A stretch of DNA of 25,495 nucleotides. Origin: Patescibacteria group bacterium (GTDB lineage Bacteria; Patescibacteriota; Saccharimonadia; Saccharimonadales; JAGQMS01). The position numbers were made by a program, and so were the translations under genes. The stretch is from NCBI GenBank assembly GCA_038061635.1, contig JBBTYV010000089.1, forward strand, positions 1-25,495. Reading direction: 5' to 3'. This document shows, piece after piece, positions 7,452 through 15,237 of the stretch. A model generated the notes under the pieces. It had not been told where the DNA came from. It saw only the letters and a program-made list of their open reading frames with translations, and searched no databases. How positions within the stretch are numbered: the first letter of the stretch is position 1; every line of letters starts with the position of its first letter.

Positions 7452-9272
7452 ATGAATTCTGTAGAAAAAATACGCAATATTGCGATTATTGCTCATGTCG
7501 ATCACGGCAAGACGACCATCGTTGATGGTCTTTTGAAGCAATCTAACACTTTTCGCTCGAACCAGGCTGAAATGACTCAAGACCTAATTATGGATAGCGG
7601 CGATCAAGAGCGTGAACGCGGCATTACCATCACTGCAAAAATTACTGCTGTCGACTGGCAAGACTATCGTATTAACATTATCGACACTCCTGGACACGCC
7701 GACTTTAGTGGCGAGGTTGAGCGGACTCTACGAATGGCGAATGGTTGTCTGCTAGTAGTAGATGCTCAGGAAGGTCCGATGCCTCAGACTAAGTTTGTGC
7801 TTAGTAAGGCTCTCCAACTTGGTTTGAAGCCAATAGTTGTTATCAATAAAATCGACAAATCTGCCTCTCGTATTAAGCAAGTGGAAGATGAGCTAGCTGA
7901 TCTGTTCTTGGAGCTGGCGATTCACGAAGATCAGCTGCACTATCCTGTTTATTACGCTATTGGGCGCGAAGCTAAGGCCTGGAATGAAGTTCCGGCAGAC
8001 ATTAGCGCCCCGGGTGACCTAGGCACAATCTTTGAAGCGATCGTCGAACACGTCCCGTCACCATCTGTTGATGAAAATGGTAGTTTACAGTTTCTGGTGT
8101 CGGCTCTTCGAAAGGACTCTTTTCAGGGCAAATACGCCGTTGGGCGCATCGAGCGCGGCAAAATCGTCAAAGGTCAGTCAGTAACACTTTGCGGTGATAA
8201 TTCTCAAACTCAAGCCAAGATAGACAGAATCTATCGCTCGGTTGGCTTAACTTATGTCGAAATCGACAGCGCAGTCGCCGGCGATATTGTAGGCGTTACC
8301 GGTATTGCCGACGCCAAAATTGGAAATACTATTGCTGATATCGATAACCCAGAAGCTTTGCCGCCAATTGAAGTTGAAGCTCCAACACTACGCATTTATC
8401 TAGGACCGAACACTAGCCCGCTAAAGGGCAAGGAAGGCGAGTTTACTACCTCTCGGCAGATTGGCGATCGTCTTAAGCAGGAACTCGAAACCAACGTTGG
8501 GTTACTAGTTGAAGAAGAGGGAATTGGTTTTAAGGTCAGTGGTCGAGGTGAGTTACACCTTTCAGTTCTTATAGAAAGCTTACGCCGTGAAGGTTTCGAG
8601 ATGGAAGTTGGTCGCCCGCAAGTCGTTACGCACGAGGAAAACGGCAAAACAGTGGAGCCGATTGAAGAAGCTCTCATTGAAGTCCCTGCCGAATACGTCG
8701 GTGCAATTCAAATGGAGATGGGTCGTCGCAAAGCCGAACTGGTTGATCAGTTTAGCTCACCAAAAGGTGTTACTAAGCTTGTATATAAGCTACCAACAAG
8801 AAGCCTACTTGGTGCGCGCAACCTTCTTATGACCGCCACCAAGGGAACTTTGATCATGAATAGCTTGCTCGATGGCTACGCTCCGCAGGGCCCCGCGCTT
8901 AATCAGTTACGAAATGGAGCACTAATTGCTTACGAAGCCGGTGTAACTACCCCATATGCCCTTCAAAACGTCGAGGAACGTGGTGTTTGCTTCGTTGGCC
9001 CAGCCGTTCAAGTCTATGCAGGGCAGATTGTTGGCTTAAATACCCGCCAGGAAGACATGGAGATTAACGTTTGCCGAGCTAAACAGCTTACTAATATGCG
9101 TAGCAAATCTAGCGACGGAACAGTTCAACTAACTCCTGCAACTATTTTTAGCCTCGAGCAATGCCTCGACTTTATAGAAAACGACGAAATGCTCGAAGTT
9201 ACACCAAAAAGTCTCCGACTGCGCAAAAAGGAACTTGATCCGAACAAGCGAAAAAGAGCGCCTAAAGTATAA
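7452..9272 (+). CDS. typA: Translational GTPase TypA/BipA
   Basis: [54 protein letters not shown]. Confidence 0.97.
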   Translation: MNSVEKIRNIAIIAHVDHGKTTIVDGLLKQSNTFRSNQAEMTQDLIMDSGDQERERGITITAKITAVDWQDYRINIIDTPGHADFSGEVERTLRMANGCLLVVDAQEGPMPQTKFVLSKALQLGLKPIVVINKIDKSASRIKQVEDELADLFLELAIHEDQLHYPVYYAIGREAKAWNEVPADISAPGDLGTIFEAIVEHVPSPSVDENGSLQFLVSALRKDSFQGKYAVGRIERGKIVKGQSVTLCGDNSQTQAKIDRIYRSVGLTYVEIDSAVAGDIVGVTGIADAKIGNTIADIDNPEALPPIEVEAPTLRIYLGPNTSPLKGKEGEFTTSRQIGDRLKQELETNVGLLVEEEGIGFKVSGRGELHLSVLIESLRREGFEMEVGRPQVVTHEENGKTVEPIEEALIEVPAEYVGAIQMEMGRRKAELVDQFSSPKGVTKLVYKLPTRSLLGARNLLMTATKGTLIMNSLLDGYAPQGPALNQLRNGALIAYEAGVTTPYALQNVEERGVCFVGPAVQVYAGQIVGLNTRQEDMEINVCRAKQLTNMRSKSSDGTVQLTPATIFSLEQCLDFIENDEMLEVTPKSLRLRKKELDPNKRKRAPKV

Positions 9273-9280
9273 TCAGCTGT

Positions 9281-9679
9281 ATGACTGGATACTCTGATAA
9301 ATCTTTAAAAGATAAGCTTGGGCTCAAGGAGGGAATGAGCTCACATTTTTCGCATGCTCCAGTGGAGTACTTTGAGGAGCTAGGGCTTCGCGCCGCTCCG
9401 AACCGTGGAGCCGACGAAGATGGAGTTTACGATTTTATTCACGCATTTTTTAAGGAAAAAGCTCAGCTCGAGGCTTCTAGCCATATTCTTGTGAGCAAAC
9501 TAGCCGAAGGTGGGTTTCTATGGGTTTCGTGGCCCAAGCAAACGTCCGGTGTCAAAACAGATATAACTGAGCAAGATTTAAGAGATGTGTTACTACCGCT
9601 TGGAGTCGTCGACAACAAGGTTTGCGCCGTTTCCGATATTTGGTCCGGTCTGAAGTTCGTCTGGCGTCGCGGTTTTTGA
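9281..9679 (+). CDS. DUF3052-family protein
   Basis: GYSDKSLKDKLGLK..., LWVSWPK...KTDITE..LR, GVVDNKVCAVSDIWSGLKFV. Confidence 0.82.
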   Translation: MTGYSDKSLKDKLGLKEGMSSHFSHAPVEYFEELGLRAAPNRGADEDGVYDFIHAFFKEKAQLEASSHILVSKLAEGGFLWVSWPKQTSGVKTDITEQDLRDVLLPLGVVDNKVCAVSDIWSGLKFVWRRGF

Positions 9680-9955
9680 AACTTCTGCACTTGATTTTAG
9701 AGTTGAGGAGTCCTGCTCACACGAACTGCTTCCGCAATCAACAATCATGTCAGACTTGCCTCTTAAGTAGTCAGTGTTAGTAACCTTTACACAAACTAAT
9801 TCGCACACACCTGTTCCACAAGTCCGCACAGTTGCGTCATACAGTCCGGACCCTTTCTCGTAAACTCCATCACCAGTAAAGCGCACTCCTTCAGCAAGCA
9901 TTGTTGTCTTTACGCCTGGAGCTAACATATTAAGAAAATTTTCGCATAAGCCCAA
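9593..9955 (-). CDS. Possible small hypothetical protein with two CGxxxC motifs
   Basis: Only sizeable ORF in the ~300-bp gap downstream of the vanY-like gene. Overlaps the DUF3052 end by 87 nt; start uncertain (9955, 9928 or 9901). Confidence 0.35.
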   Translation of the reverse strand: MGLCENFLNMLAPGVKTTMLAEGVRFTGDGVYEKGSGLYDATVRTCGTGVCELVCVKVTNTDYLRGKSDMIVDCGSSSCEQDSSTLKSSAEVSKTATPDELQTGPNIGNGANLVVDDSKR

Positions 9956-9982
9956 AAAGTATGCAAGCGGTAGCCTTGTTAA

Positions 9983-10735
9983 TTAATAGTCGCCGGCCAC
10001 AACGCCGAAATATTGGTCCAAGGTCTTTCCAGAAGCGACGACCGCTTTGGCAGTATCAACACCTAAGAATCTTAGATGCCAAGGCTCGTACTGATAGCCC
10101 GTATCTGCCTCCTTACCTTGAGGATAACGGACTATGAAACCATAATCTGCGGCATTTGCTGCTAACCACAATCCGCCAGCAGTGTCGCCAAAGCAGATTT
10201 CAAGAGCACATGAGTTATTACTATTGCCTAGATCGACAGCCAGACCAGTCTGATGTTCGCTATGTCCTGGACGAGCGCTAAAAGTGTCAGCCTGCGCTTG
10301 ACCATATTGGCTTACATATCCGTTATATGTACTAACTTGAGTCATATATGAACGATAAGAACTAATGATAATAAGTGGCGCACCGGAGGTTTCGGCCGCA
10401 TTTAATAGCTTAGTTAGTTCCGTAGCCGCTTCTTGTCTTAACTTACCTCCGGCAACTGAAACGGTGGTAGGTACGTAATTATCTGGTAGTTTATGCTTCT
10501 TGTTGACTACCACGTTTATAGCGGTAGCTTGCTCGATTGTTAACTGCACTGGATAAACAATTTCTTCTTCCACGACATTAATCTGGGTGTCGGTAGTGTC
10601 GACTGTGTTTGTTGTATCTGCTATAACCGTATCGTCGACTGATACTTTTGCGACATTTCTAGAAGCTAAGAACACCACAACCCCAATAGAGGCAAGAATG
10701 ATCGGTATTCCTATGAAGAGCAGTTTCTTATGCAT
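9983..10735 (-). CDS. Membrane-anchored D-Ala-D-Ala carboxypeptidase (VanY/M15B family)
   Basis: N-terminal TM, SSYRSY, SARPGHSEHQTGLAVD, EPWHLRFLG. Confidence 0.92.
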   Translation of the reverse strand: MHKKLLFIGIPIILASIGVVVFLASRNVAKVSVDDTVIADTTNTVDTTDTQINVVEEEIVYPVQLTIEQATAINVVVNKKHKLPDNYVPTTVSVAGGKLRQEAATELTKLLNAAETSGAPLIIISSYRSYMTQVSTYNGYVSQYGQAQADTFSARPGHSEHQTGLAVDLGNSNNSCALEICFGDTAGGLWLAANAADYGFIVRYPQGKEADTGYQYEPWHLRFLGVDTAKAVVASGKTLDQYFGVVAGDY

Positions 10736-10744
10736 GTTGCTATT

Positions 10745-12244
10745 TTACACCTCGTGCCCGCTTGGAGTATTACCAAAAGCTACTCTATCGAGAATTGTAC
10801 CTTTCATATCCATCATTGTTCCTGGTGCAATCGCAAATTCGCCGTAACGGTCGTTAATACCGTCCAAGGCATCTGAGAGGTGTTTATTAACCCTGTACTC
10901 CTTAAATTCCTTGTTGAAATCTAATTCATCACTTTCTACTTGGGTTTCAAAGATACTGCCTTGTTCGGGATTCCACGGCTCAAGCCCGAAGGTGGTAATA
11001 GCCATTAGTTTGACCCTGTCTATTATTTCGGCTTGGCTCAATAGATGCTTGGCAGCGTTATATATGTCAGTAGTGCTATATAACCGATAACCCAATTTGT
11101 GGCCTTTGTGCCAGGAGCGGTATTTATGTTGATTCTCAAACCCAATATGATCCGGATCATGTACCGAGCCAGTAAAATCGTCGGCAAAGCCACCGTTTTG
11201 CTGGCTCTTCTGGCGCATAGCGTCCGTTTCATCTGTGCTACTCACATCACCGTAACTTTGTTTACGCCTTGTTCCGTTGCTCGATGAGAACGAACGCTCT
11301 GCATCCATATACATGTCCCGGCGAGGCGGTACAAACGCCAGGTACAGATGAACGCCAGTGGCGTAATAGTTATCCGAACGAAGCTTACGACCAACCTTTT
11401 CACAGAGTTTCATGAGTAACTTAGCAAGTTCCTCCCGGTCAGCGGTTTTGTTACTCAAGGCATACTGATGGCCAATACTTTTTCGCTTGAATTCTCTATC
11501 ATCGACCTCCCAGCCACGCATTCGCATATGCCAATGCACGCCGACAACACTCTTAAATATCCGCTTTCGGAGATATTCTGGGTCGGCCTTGAACAGATCG
11601 AGTGGGTTAGAAACTCCCATTAACTGTAAACGTTTCTTATATCTAGTATTGATACCCGGCAGGTCGACTAAATCCATATTGGTAAAGCGTTCTTCGAGGT
11701 TAGTAGAGTCAATTTGAGTCAAACCATCGGGTTTGTCAAATCCAGCAGCATATTTAGCCAAAAAACGGTTCGGCGCTATACCGATATTAACAGTGACTGC
11801 CTCACCGAGCTTCTCATATATCTTCTGCTTAATCTCCATCCCAACGTCTGTCAGGGTACGTCCTTGACATATAGAAGGGGTGTCGGCGAAGTTGAGGACG
11901 AATTCATCGATAGATTTGGCTACAACATCAGGGGTGTAGTCTTTTAAAAGTTCTCCAAAGCGACTATGCGCCTCTCGGTATTTGGCCGGATCTGGGGTCA
12001 TTATGACGATTCCAGGGCACATCTGACGTGCTTCACGGACATTGACGCCCAATTTGACACCTGCGGCCTTAGCGATGTAACAAGACGCTAAAATCATGCC
12101 TCTGGGCGTGTCATAGGCCGCAACACCGACCGGACGACCCCTAAGCAGTCGGTTGGCCTGTTTCTCGATAGTAGCGAAACAGCTATTCAAATCAATATGC
12201 ATCGTTAAAGGTGCAGAGGTGTTTACGGGTAAAGAAGTTGTCAT
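10745..12244 (-). CDS. dinB: Y-family DNA polymerase (DinB/UmuC-like) with internal insertion
   Basis: HIDLNSCFATIE, SCYIAKAAGVKLG, KSIDE, IAPNRFLAKYA, DLPGI; C-terminal DGINDRYGEFAI typical of the UmuC-like tail. Confidence 0.9.
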   Translation of the reverse strand: MTTSLPVNTSAPLTMHIDLNSCFATIEKQANRLLRGRPVGVAAYDTPRGMILASCYIAKAAGVKLGVNVREARQMCPGIVIMTPDPAKYREAHSRFGELLKDYTPDVVAKSIDEFVLNFADTPSICQGRTLTDVGMEIKQKIYEKLGEAVTVNIGIAPNRFLAKYAAGFDKPDGLTQIDSTNLEERFTNMDLVDLPGINTRYKKRLQLMGVSNPLDLFKADPEYLRKRIFKSVVGVHWHMRMRGWEVDDREFKRKSIGHQYALSNKTADREELAKLLMKLCEKVGRKLRSDNYYATGVHLYLAFVPPRRDMYMDAERSFSSSNGTRRKQSYGDVSSTDETDAMRQKSQQNGGFADDFTGSVHDPDHIGFENQHKYRSWHKGHKLGYRLYSTTDIYNAAKHLLSQAEIIDRVKLMAITTFGLEPWNPEQGSIFETQVESDELDFNKEFKEYRVNKHLSDALDGINDRYGEFAIAPGTMMDMKGTILDRVAFGNTPSGHEV

Positions 12245-12537
12245 GCGCTGCTCTCTGAGCCGTAATGAGGGTTACCTTCGTTGCCGTACATGTATTCTTC
12301 GAGCTTCCAGTGTAGATTGTCGGTGTCGAGCGCTATCTTGAAATAGACTGTTCCGTCGACATCTGCCAGCGAGAAGTGGTGGGTTAGGGTCTTGCCAGCT
12401 CTGGTTTTATGGTGGAAGTCGACTTTTCCCAGATTAAAGTCCCGACCGTTCCAGTTAAGCCGATACGGTTGAATATGACGATTATTCGAATCATAGGAAA
12501 GAATTACAGATATGTCTTCATCTAAGCTTTCACGCAT
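12241..12537 (-). CDS. Small beta-rich DinB-associated protein (DUF6504-like)
   Basis: PYRLNWNGRDF...HHFSL...YFKIALD..NLHWKLEE. 4-nt overlap with the dinB start. GGAG 8 nt upstream of ATG 12537. Confidence 0.75.
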   Translation of the reverse strand: MRESLDEDISVILSYDSNNRHIQPYRLNWNGRDFNLGKVDFHHKTRAGKTLTHHFSLADVDGTVYFKIALDTDNLHWKLEEYMYGNEGNPHYGSESSA

Positions 12538-12697
12538 GCTAAACACTCCAAAGTAGGTTAATAAAAGAGGTTGTAGTTTGGTCGCACTACGAACGGTTTG
12601 GAGTAGGCAAGAGTGTTTCGTCTCGGCTACAAAAGCGTGAAAGTTTGTAGGGTGAGGCGTTTTACTGCGCTCCGCCTACATAACTATCTTCATTATA
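12538..12697 (-). promoter_or_regulatory. Promoter (TATAAT 12692-12697) and ~148-nt structured 5' leader of the DinB operon
   Basis: Perfect inverted repeats 12545-12552/12597-12604 (covers the RBS), 12573-12577/12586-12590, 12627-12633/12644-12650 and 12655-12659/12673-12677. Confidence 0.5.
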
Positions 12698-12811
12698 CAC
12701 CTCTCCACTCAGCAATTTGCTTATGATTTGAATAACCTGACTCGAGGTGTATATTTGCTTTCAGGACTACACCTTAACAACTACAACCTACGAACCTGGA
12801 GGTTCATCGTT

Positions 12812-13525
12812 ATGTCCCAGATCAGTCAGGAAACTGGTCAGCGCAGTTGGATAGCTCTGTTGCTTGTGGGCATCGGCGTGGCAGCAGCCATTGGCGGTGT
12901 CGGATGGTGGGGAAGTTTTCTAGCCGTTATTGGTTTGGGGCTCCTCGCAGAAGTTCAAATTCGTCAAATGGCGTGCCATGGAAAAAAGAAGGGTCGCTGG
13001 CTTCATAGTTTCTTGCTTGTTGCTAGCGGTCTGGTTGGTCTTTGGGTCATGTACGAACTCCGCCGGACTACAAAGGGGACGGCTTTGATCATCCTCTGTG
13101 CTGTCATGATCATCTCGTTTGACACGTTTTCATACTTCGGTGGGAAGCGAGTCAAGCGACTGGGCGGTGGTCACAAGATTGCACCAATCGAGTCTCCGAA
13201 CAAAACCGTGGAGGGAGCGGCTATTGGATACGTCTGCAGTCTGATTGCAGGAATGATCACACTGGGTATCATCCCGGTTTTCTCGGGGATGCATCTCGGC
13301 TGGTCCGTCGTGCTCATCGTTGTTGTTCCCGTATTCGCCTACCTGGGCGATATCAACGAAAGCATGGCGAAGCGCCGGTTGTGTGTCGGGTCATGGACGC
13401 ACGAGACTGTTTCAATCAAAGACTTTTCTAATGTCCTCGGTGCCCACGGTGGTGTCTGTGACAGGTTCGACTCGTGGTTTGCCGTCTTCTCGACGGTAGG
13501 CCTTGTGTGGAGGTTGTCCCTCTAG
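12812..13525 (+). CDS. cdsA: Phosphatidate cytidylyltransferase (CDP-diacylglycerol synthase)
   Basis: DTFSYFGGK, KIAPIESPNKTVEG, GDINESMAKRR, KDFSNVLGAHGGVCDRFDS; multiple TMs. GGAGG RBS supports ATG 12812 over TTG 12728. Confidence 0.9.
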   Translation: MSQISQETGQRSWIALLLVGIGVAAAIGGVGWWGSFLAVIGLGLLAEVQIRQMACHGKKKGRWLHSFLLVASGLVGLWVMYELRRTTKGTALIILCAVMIISFDTFSYFGGKRVKRLGGGHKIAPIESPNKTVEGAAIGYVCSLIAGMITLGIIPVFSGMHLGWSVVLIVVVPVFAYLGDINESMAKRRLCVGSWTHETVSIKDFSNVLGAHGGVCDRFDSWFAVFSTVGLVWRLSL

Positions 13526-13558
13526 TCCCGCCTCACCCCTGGTTGAGCTCAGCGCGAA
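13522..13558 (+). repeat. Degenerate copy (R0) of the gene-end hairpin element
   Basis: CTAGTCCCGC...TGGTTGAG..CAGCG shares start, central and end motifs with R1; begins at the cdsA stop codon. Confidence 0.4.
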
Positions 13559-13592
13559 AACGCTCCGCTCCCGAAAAGGGGTGGGGCGTTTT
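13557..13592 (+). terminator. Intrinsic terminator after cdsA
   Basis: AAAACGCTCCGCTCCC-gaaaa-GGGGTGGGGCGTTTT: 11-bp GC stem with three G-U pairs, which favours the + strand. Confidence 0.8.
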
Positions 13593-13702
13593 GCGTTGTA
13601 ATAGGAGTTCTGAAACCTGCTATTGACGGTTAATAACTCCTTATGATGTAATACGCAACAAGGATGGAGTAATTCATCTCGGAAGTCTAACCACACAACT
13701 AC

Positions 13703-14074
13703 ATGAGATCGGATTTGAAATCGATGAAAAGCCTTGAGGGGTACCTAAAAGAGGTAGAAGTGGGTAATCGGCGGAAGCCTGTTACTTATGTGGTCTTCAG
13801 CATTCTGGCGCTGATTGTGATGGTGATTTGCCTCATGATCGAAGGCGGATCTCTGTGGAAGAACGCCACACATGCATGGCAGGAGGCTGCGATGGGGATC
13901 GCAACCGTTGCTCTTTTCGTAGCTGTCGTGGTTGCCTTGATCGGCTTTCTCGCTCGTTATGGAGAGCGAGAAAGAGCAAAAGACGAAGTTCGGCGCAAAG
14001 AGTCAGCTCGCCAGCTGACGTTGCGCATAGTTGGCGCCGGTCTTCCTGAGCCCAACACAACACTGCCCGACTAG
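13703..14074 (+). CDS. Hypothetical two-TM membrane protein (GC-rich)
   Basis: Two hydrophobic helices; candidate promoter TTGACG-18-TGTAAT at 13623-13652. Confidence 0.72.
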   Translation: MRSDLKSMKSLEGYLKEVEVGNRRKPVTYVVFSILALIVMVICLMIEGGSLWKNATHAWQEAAMGIATVALFVAVVVALIGFLARYGERERAKDEVRRKESARQLTLRIVGAGLPEPNTTLPD

Positions 14075-14122
14075 CCCCGCAAGGAGAGACTCCTATTCAT
14101 GGTTGAGTCCCCAGCGGGGCTC
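14073..14122 (+). repeat. Gene-end nested hairpin element R1
   Basis: Outer stem AGCCCCGC/GCGGGGCT, inner stem GACTC/GAGTC, ATGGT in the loop; closely matches 15142-15196. Confidence 0.75.
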
Positions 14123-14191
14123 AATCATTTTATAGAAGTACAGATTGAAAAAGGCTCTTGTTATAAACATTCTAAATTCTACAATGCTTAT

Positions 14192-14602
14192 ATGAGGCAA
14201 TCGGTGACTCAAAAGGACGATATGGGCTGTGGCATAGCCTGTGTCGCGCATATTACTAATCAAAGCTATGCACAAGTAGTTGAACTATTTGGCAAAGTTA
14301 AGGCACAAACTTCCGGTTTTACACTTAAGGAGCTATCTGCTGTCCTAGAGCATTTGGGTGTCAACAATAATAGACGTTTCATTAGGCCCAAGACAAAACA
14401 TCTTATTTATAGAGAGGGCACGATAGTATTTATAAAACGCTCGAGACTTTACCCAGATGGCCACTATTTATTACGGCACGACGGTCTTTGGATGGACTCG
14501 TGGATAAACTCGCCTTTAGATCAGGATATACGGAACGCAAGTTCTGGGTTTAGGCGGCGCTTGCCTGGAAAACCACAGTACGCGATAATACCAAATTCCT
14601 AA
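14192..14602 (+). CDS. C39-like cysteine peptidase domain protein
   Basis: QKDDMGCGIACVA (Q/C), GHY (H), WMDS (D). Start at ATG 14192 with TACAAT 6 nt upstream, rather than 14099. Confidence 0.75.
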   Translation: MRQSVTQKDDMGCGIACVAHITNQSYAQVVELFGKVKAQTSGFTLKELSAVLEHLGVNNNRRFIRPKTKHLIYREGTIVFIKRSRLYPDGHYLLRHDGLWMDSWINSPLDQDIRNASSGFRRRLPGKPQYAIIPNS

Positions 14603-14711
14603 ACATGAAGTCCTTGTGTTATATTTTTTTAAATTCTAGAATGCCGCCCTGAAGAGATTTCTTACTCTTCAGTACTCCAAAAAACACACACAAACACAGG
14701 AGACGATAGCA

Positions 14712-15152
14712 TTGAAGAAAAGGATGAGTTTCTACTCAAAGATTCGAAAGGGTGCGATTGATGGCAGGTACAGCACGATCGCACTAGTCCTGGCCGTGCT
14801 CATATTCGCCCTTTCAATCACCGGACGCACAGCAGATATCCACTGGATGAAGATTGTTGGGTACTGCCTCGCTGGCCTCCTAGCCGTAAGCATTTGGTGG
14901 TTCGGACTTAGACCAGAGTCTATGGGGGCTTACTACAAGGAACTTCGTAGAAAGGCGATCGAGAGGAAATATGTGCATCGGGCCCCTGTTTTTGCGGCTG
15001 TGGCATTACTTCTTGCGGTTTCCTCTGCTGGGGATGTTCCAAGGCCCGGATGGGTGACCGCAGTACAGTGGTGTTTGTTCGCAATTTTTCTTGGGATCAG
15101 CTACTGGATCTCATACCAGCACGATCAAAAAGGCAAAAGCAAGCCCCGCTAG
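14712..15152 (+). CDS. Hypothetical four-TM membrane protein (GC-rich)
   Basis: Four hydrophobic segments; AGGAG upstream of the TTG start. Confidence 0.72.
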   Translation: MKKRMSFYSKIRKGAIDGRYSTIALVLAVLIFALSITGRTADIHWMKIVGYCLAGLLAVSIWWFGLRPESMGAYYKELRRKAIERKYVHRAPVFAAVALLLAVSSAGDVPRPGWVTAVQWCLFAIFLGISYWISYQHDQKGKSKPR

Positions 15153-15196
15153 TAGTGACTCCCAGAGATGGTCGAGTCACCGCGAAAGCGGGGCTC
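15142..15196 (+). repeat. Gene-end nested hairpin element R2
   Basis: Outer stem AGCCCCGCT/AGCGGGGCT, inner stem GTGACTC/GAGTCAC, ATGGT in the loop. Confidence 0.75.
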
Positions 15197-15237
15197 TTCC
15201 ATACTTTGCGGAAAAATGTCGTACAATAGCCGGAGCA

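Noticed and set aside
10745-12244. Intein in DinB
   Set aside because: The insertion lacks C/S-start and HN-end splice motifs and is too short.
12605-12630. Hammerhead ribozyme, suggested by GACGAAAC on the minus strand
   Set aside because: No CUGAnGA core in a suitable position.
12736-12774. RNA pseudoknot (CCTGA/TCAGG with AGGTGTA/TACACCT) upstream of cdsA
   Set aside because: The 5' arms lie within the predicted promoter (TTGAAT...TATATT), so they are probably not transcribed, and the loop lengths are atypical.
12792-12805. LexA SOS box GAAC...GTTC
   Set aside because: The spacer is 6 nt rather than the 4 nt of the Firmicute/Actinobacterial box; better explained as an RBS-overlapping hairpin.
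13522-15196. Classical integron attC cassettes or a CRISPR array
   Set aside because: No RYYYAAC/GTTRRRY cores, no integrase or cas genes, and the spacing is gene-sized rather than 30-40 nt.
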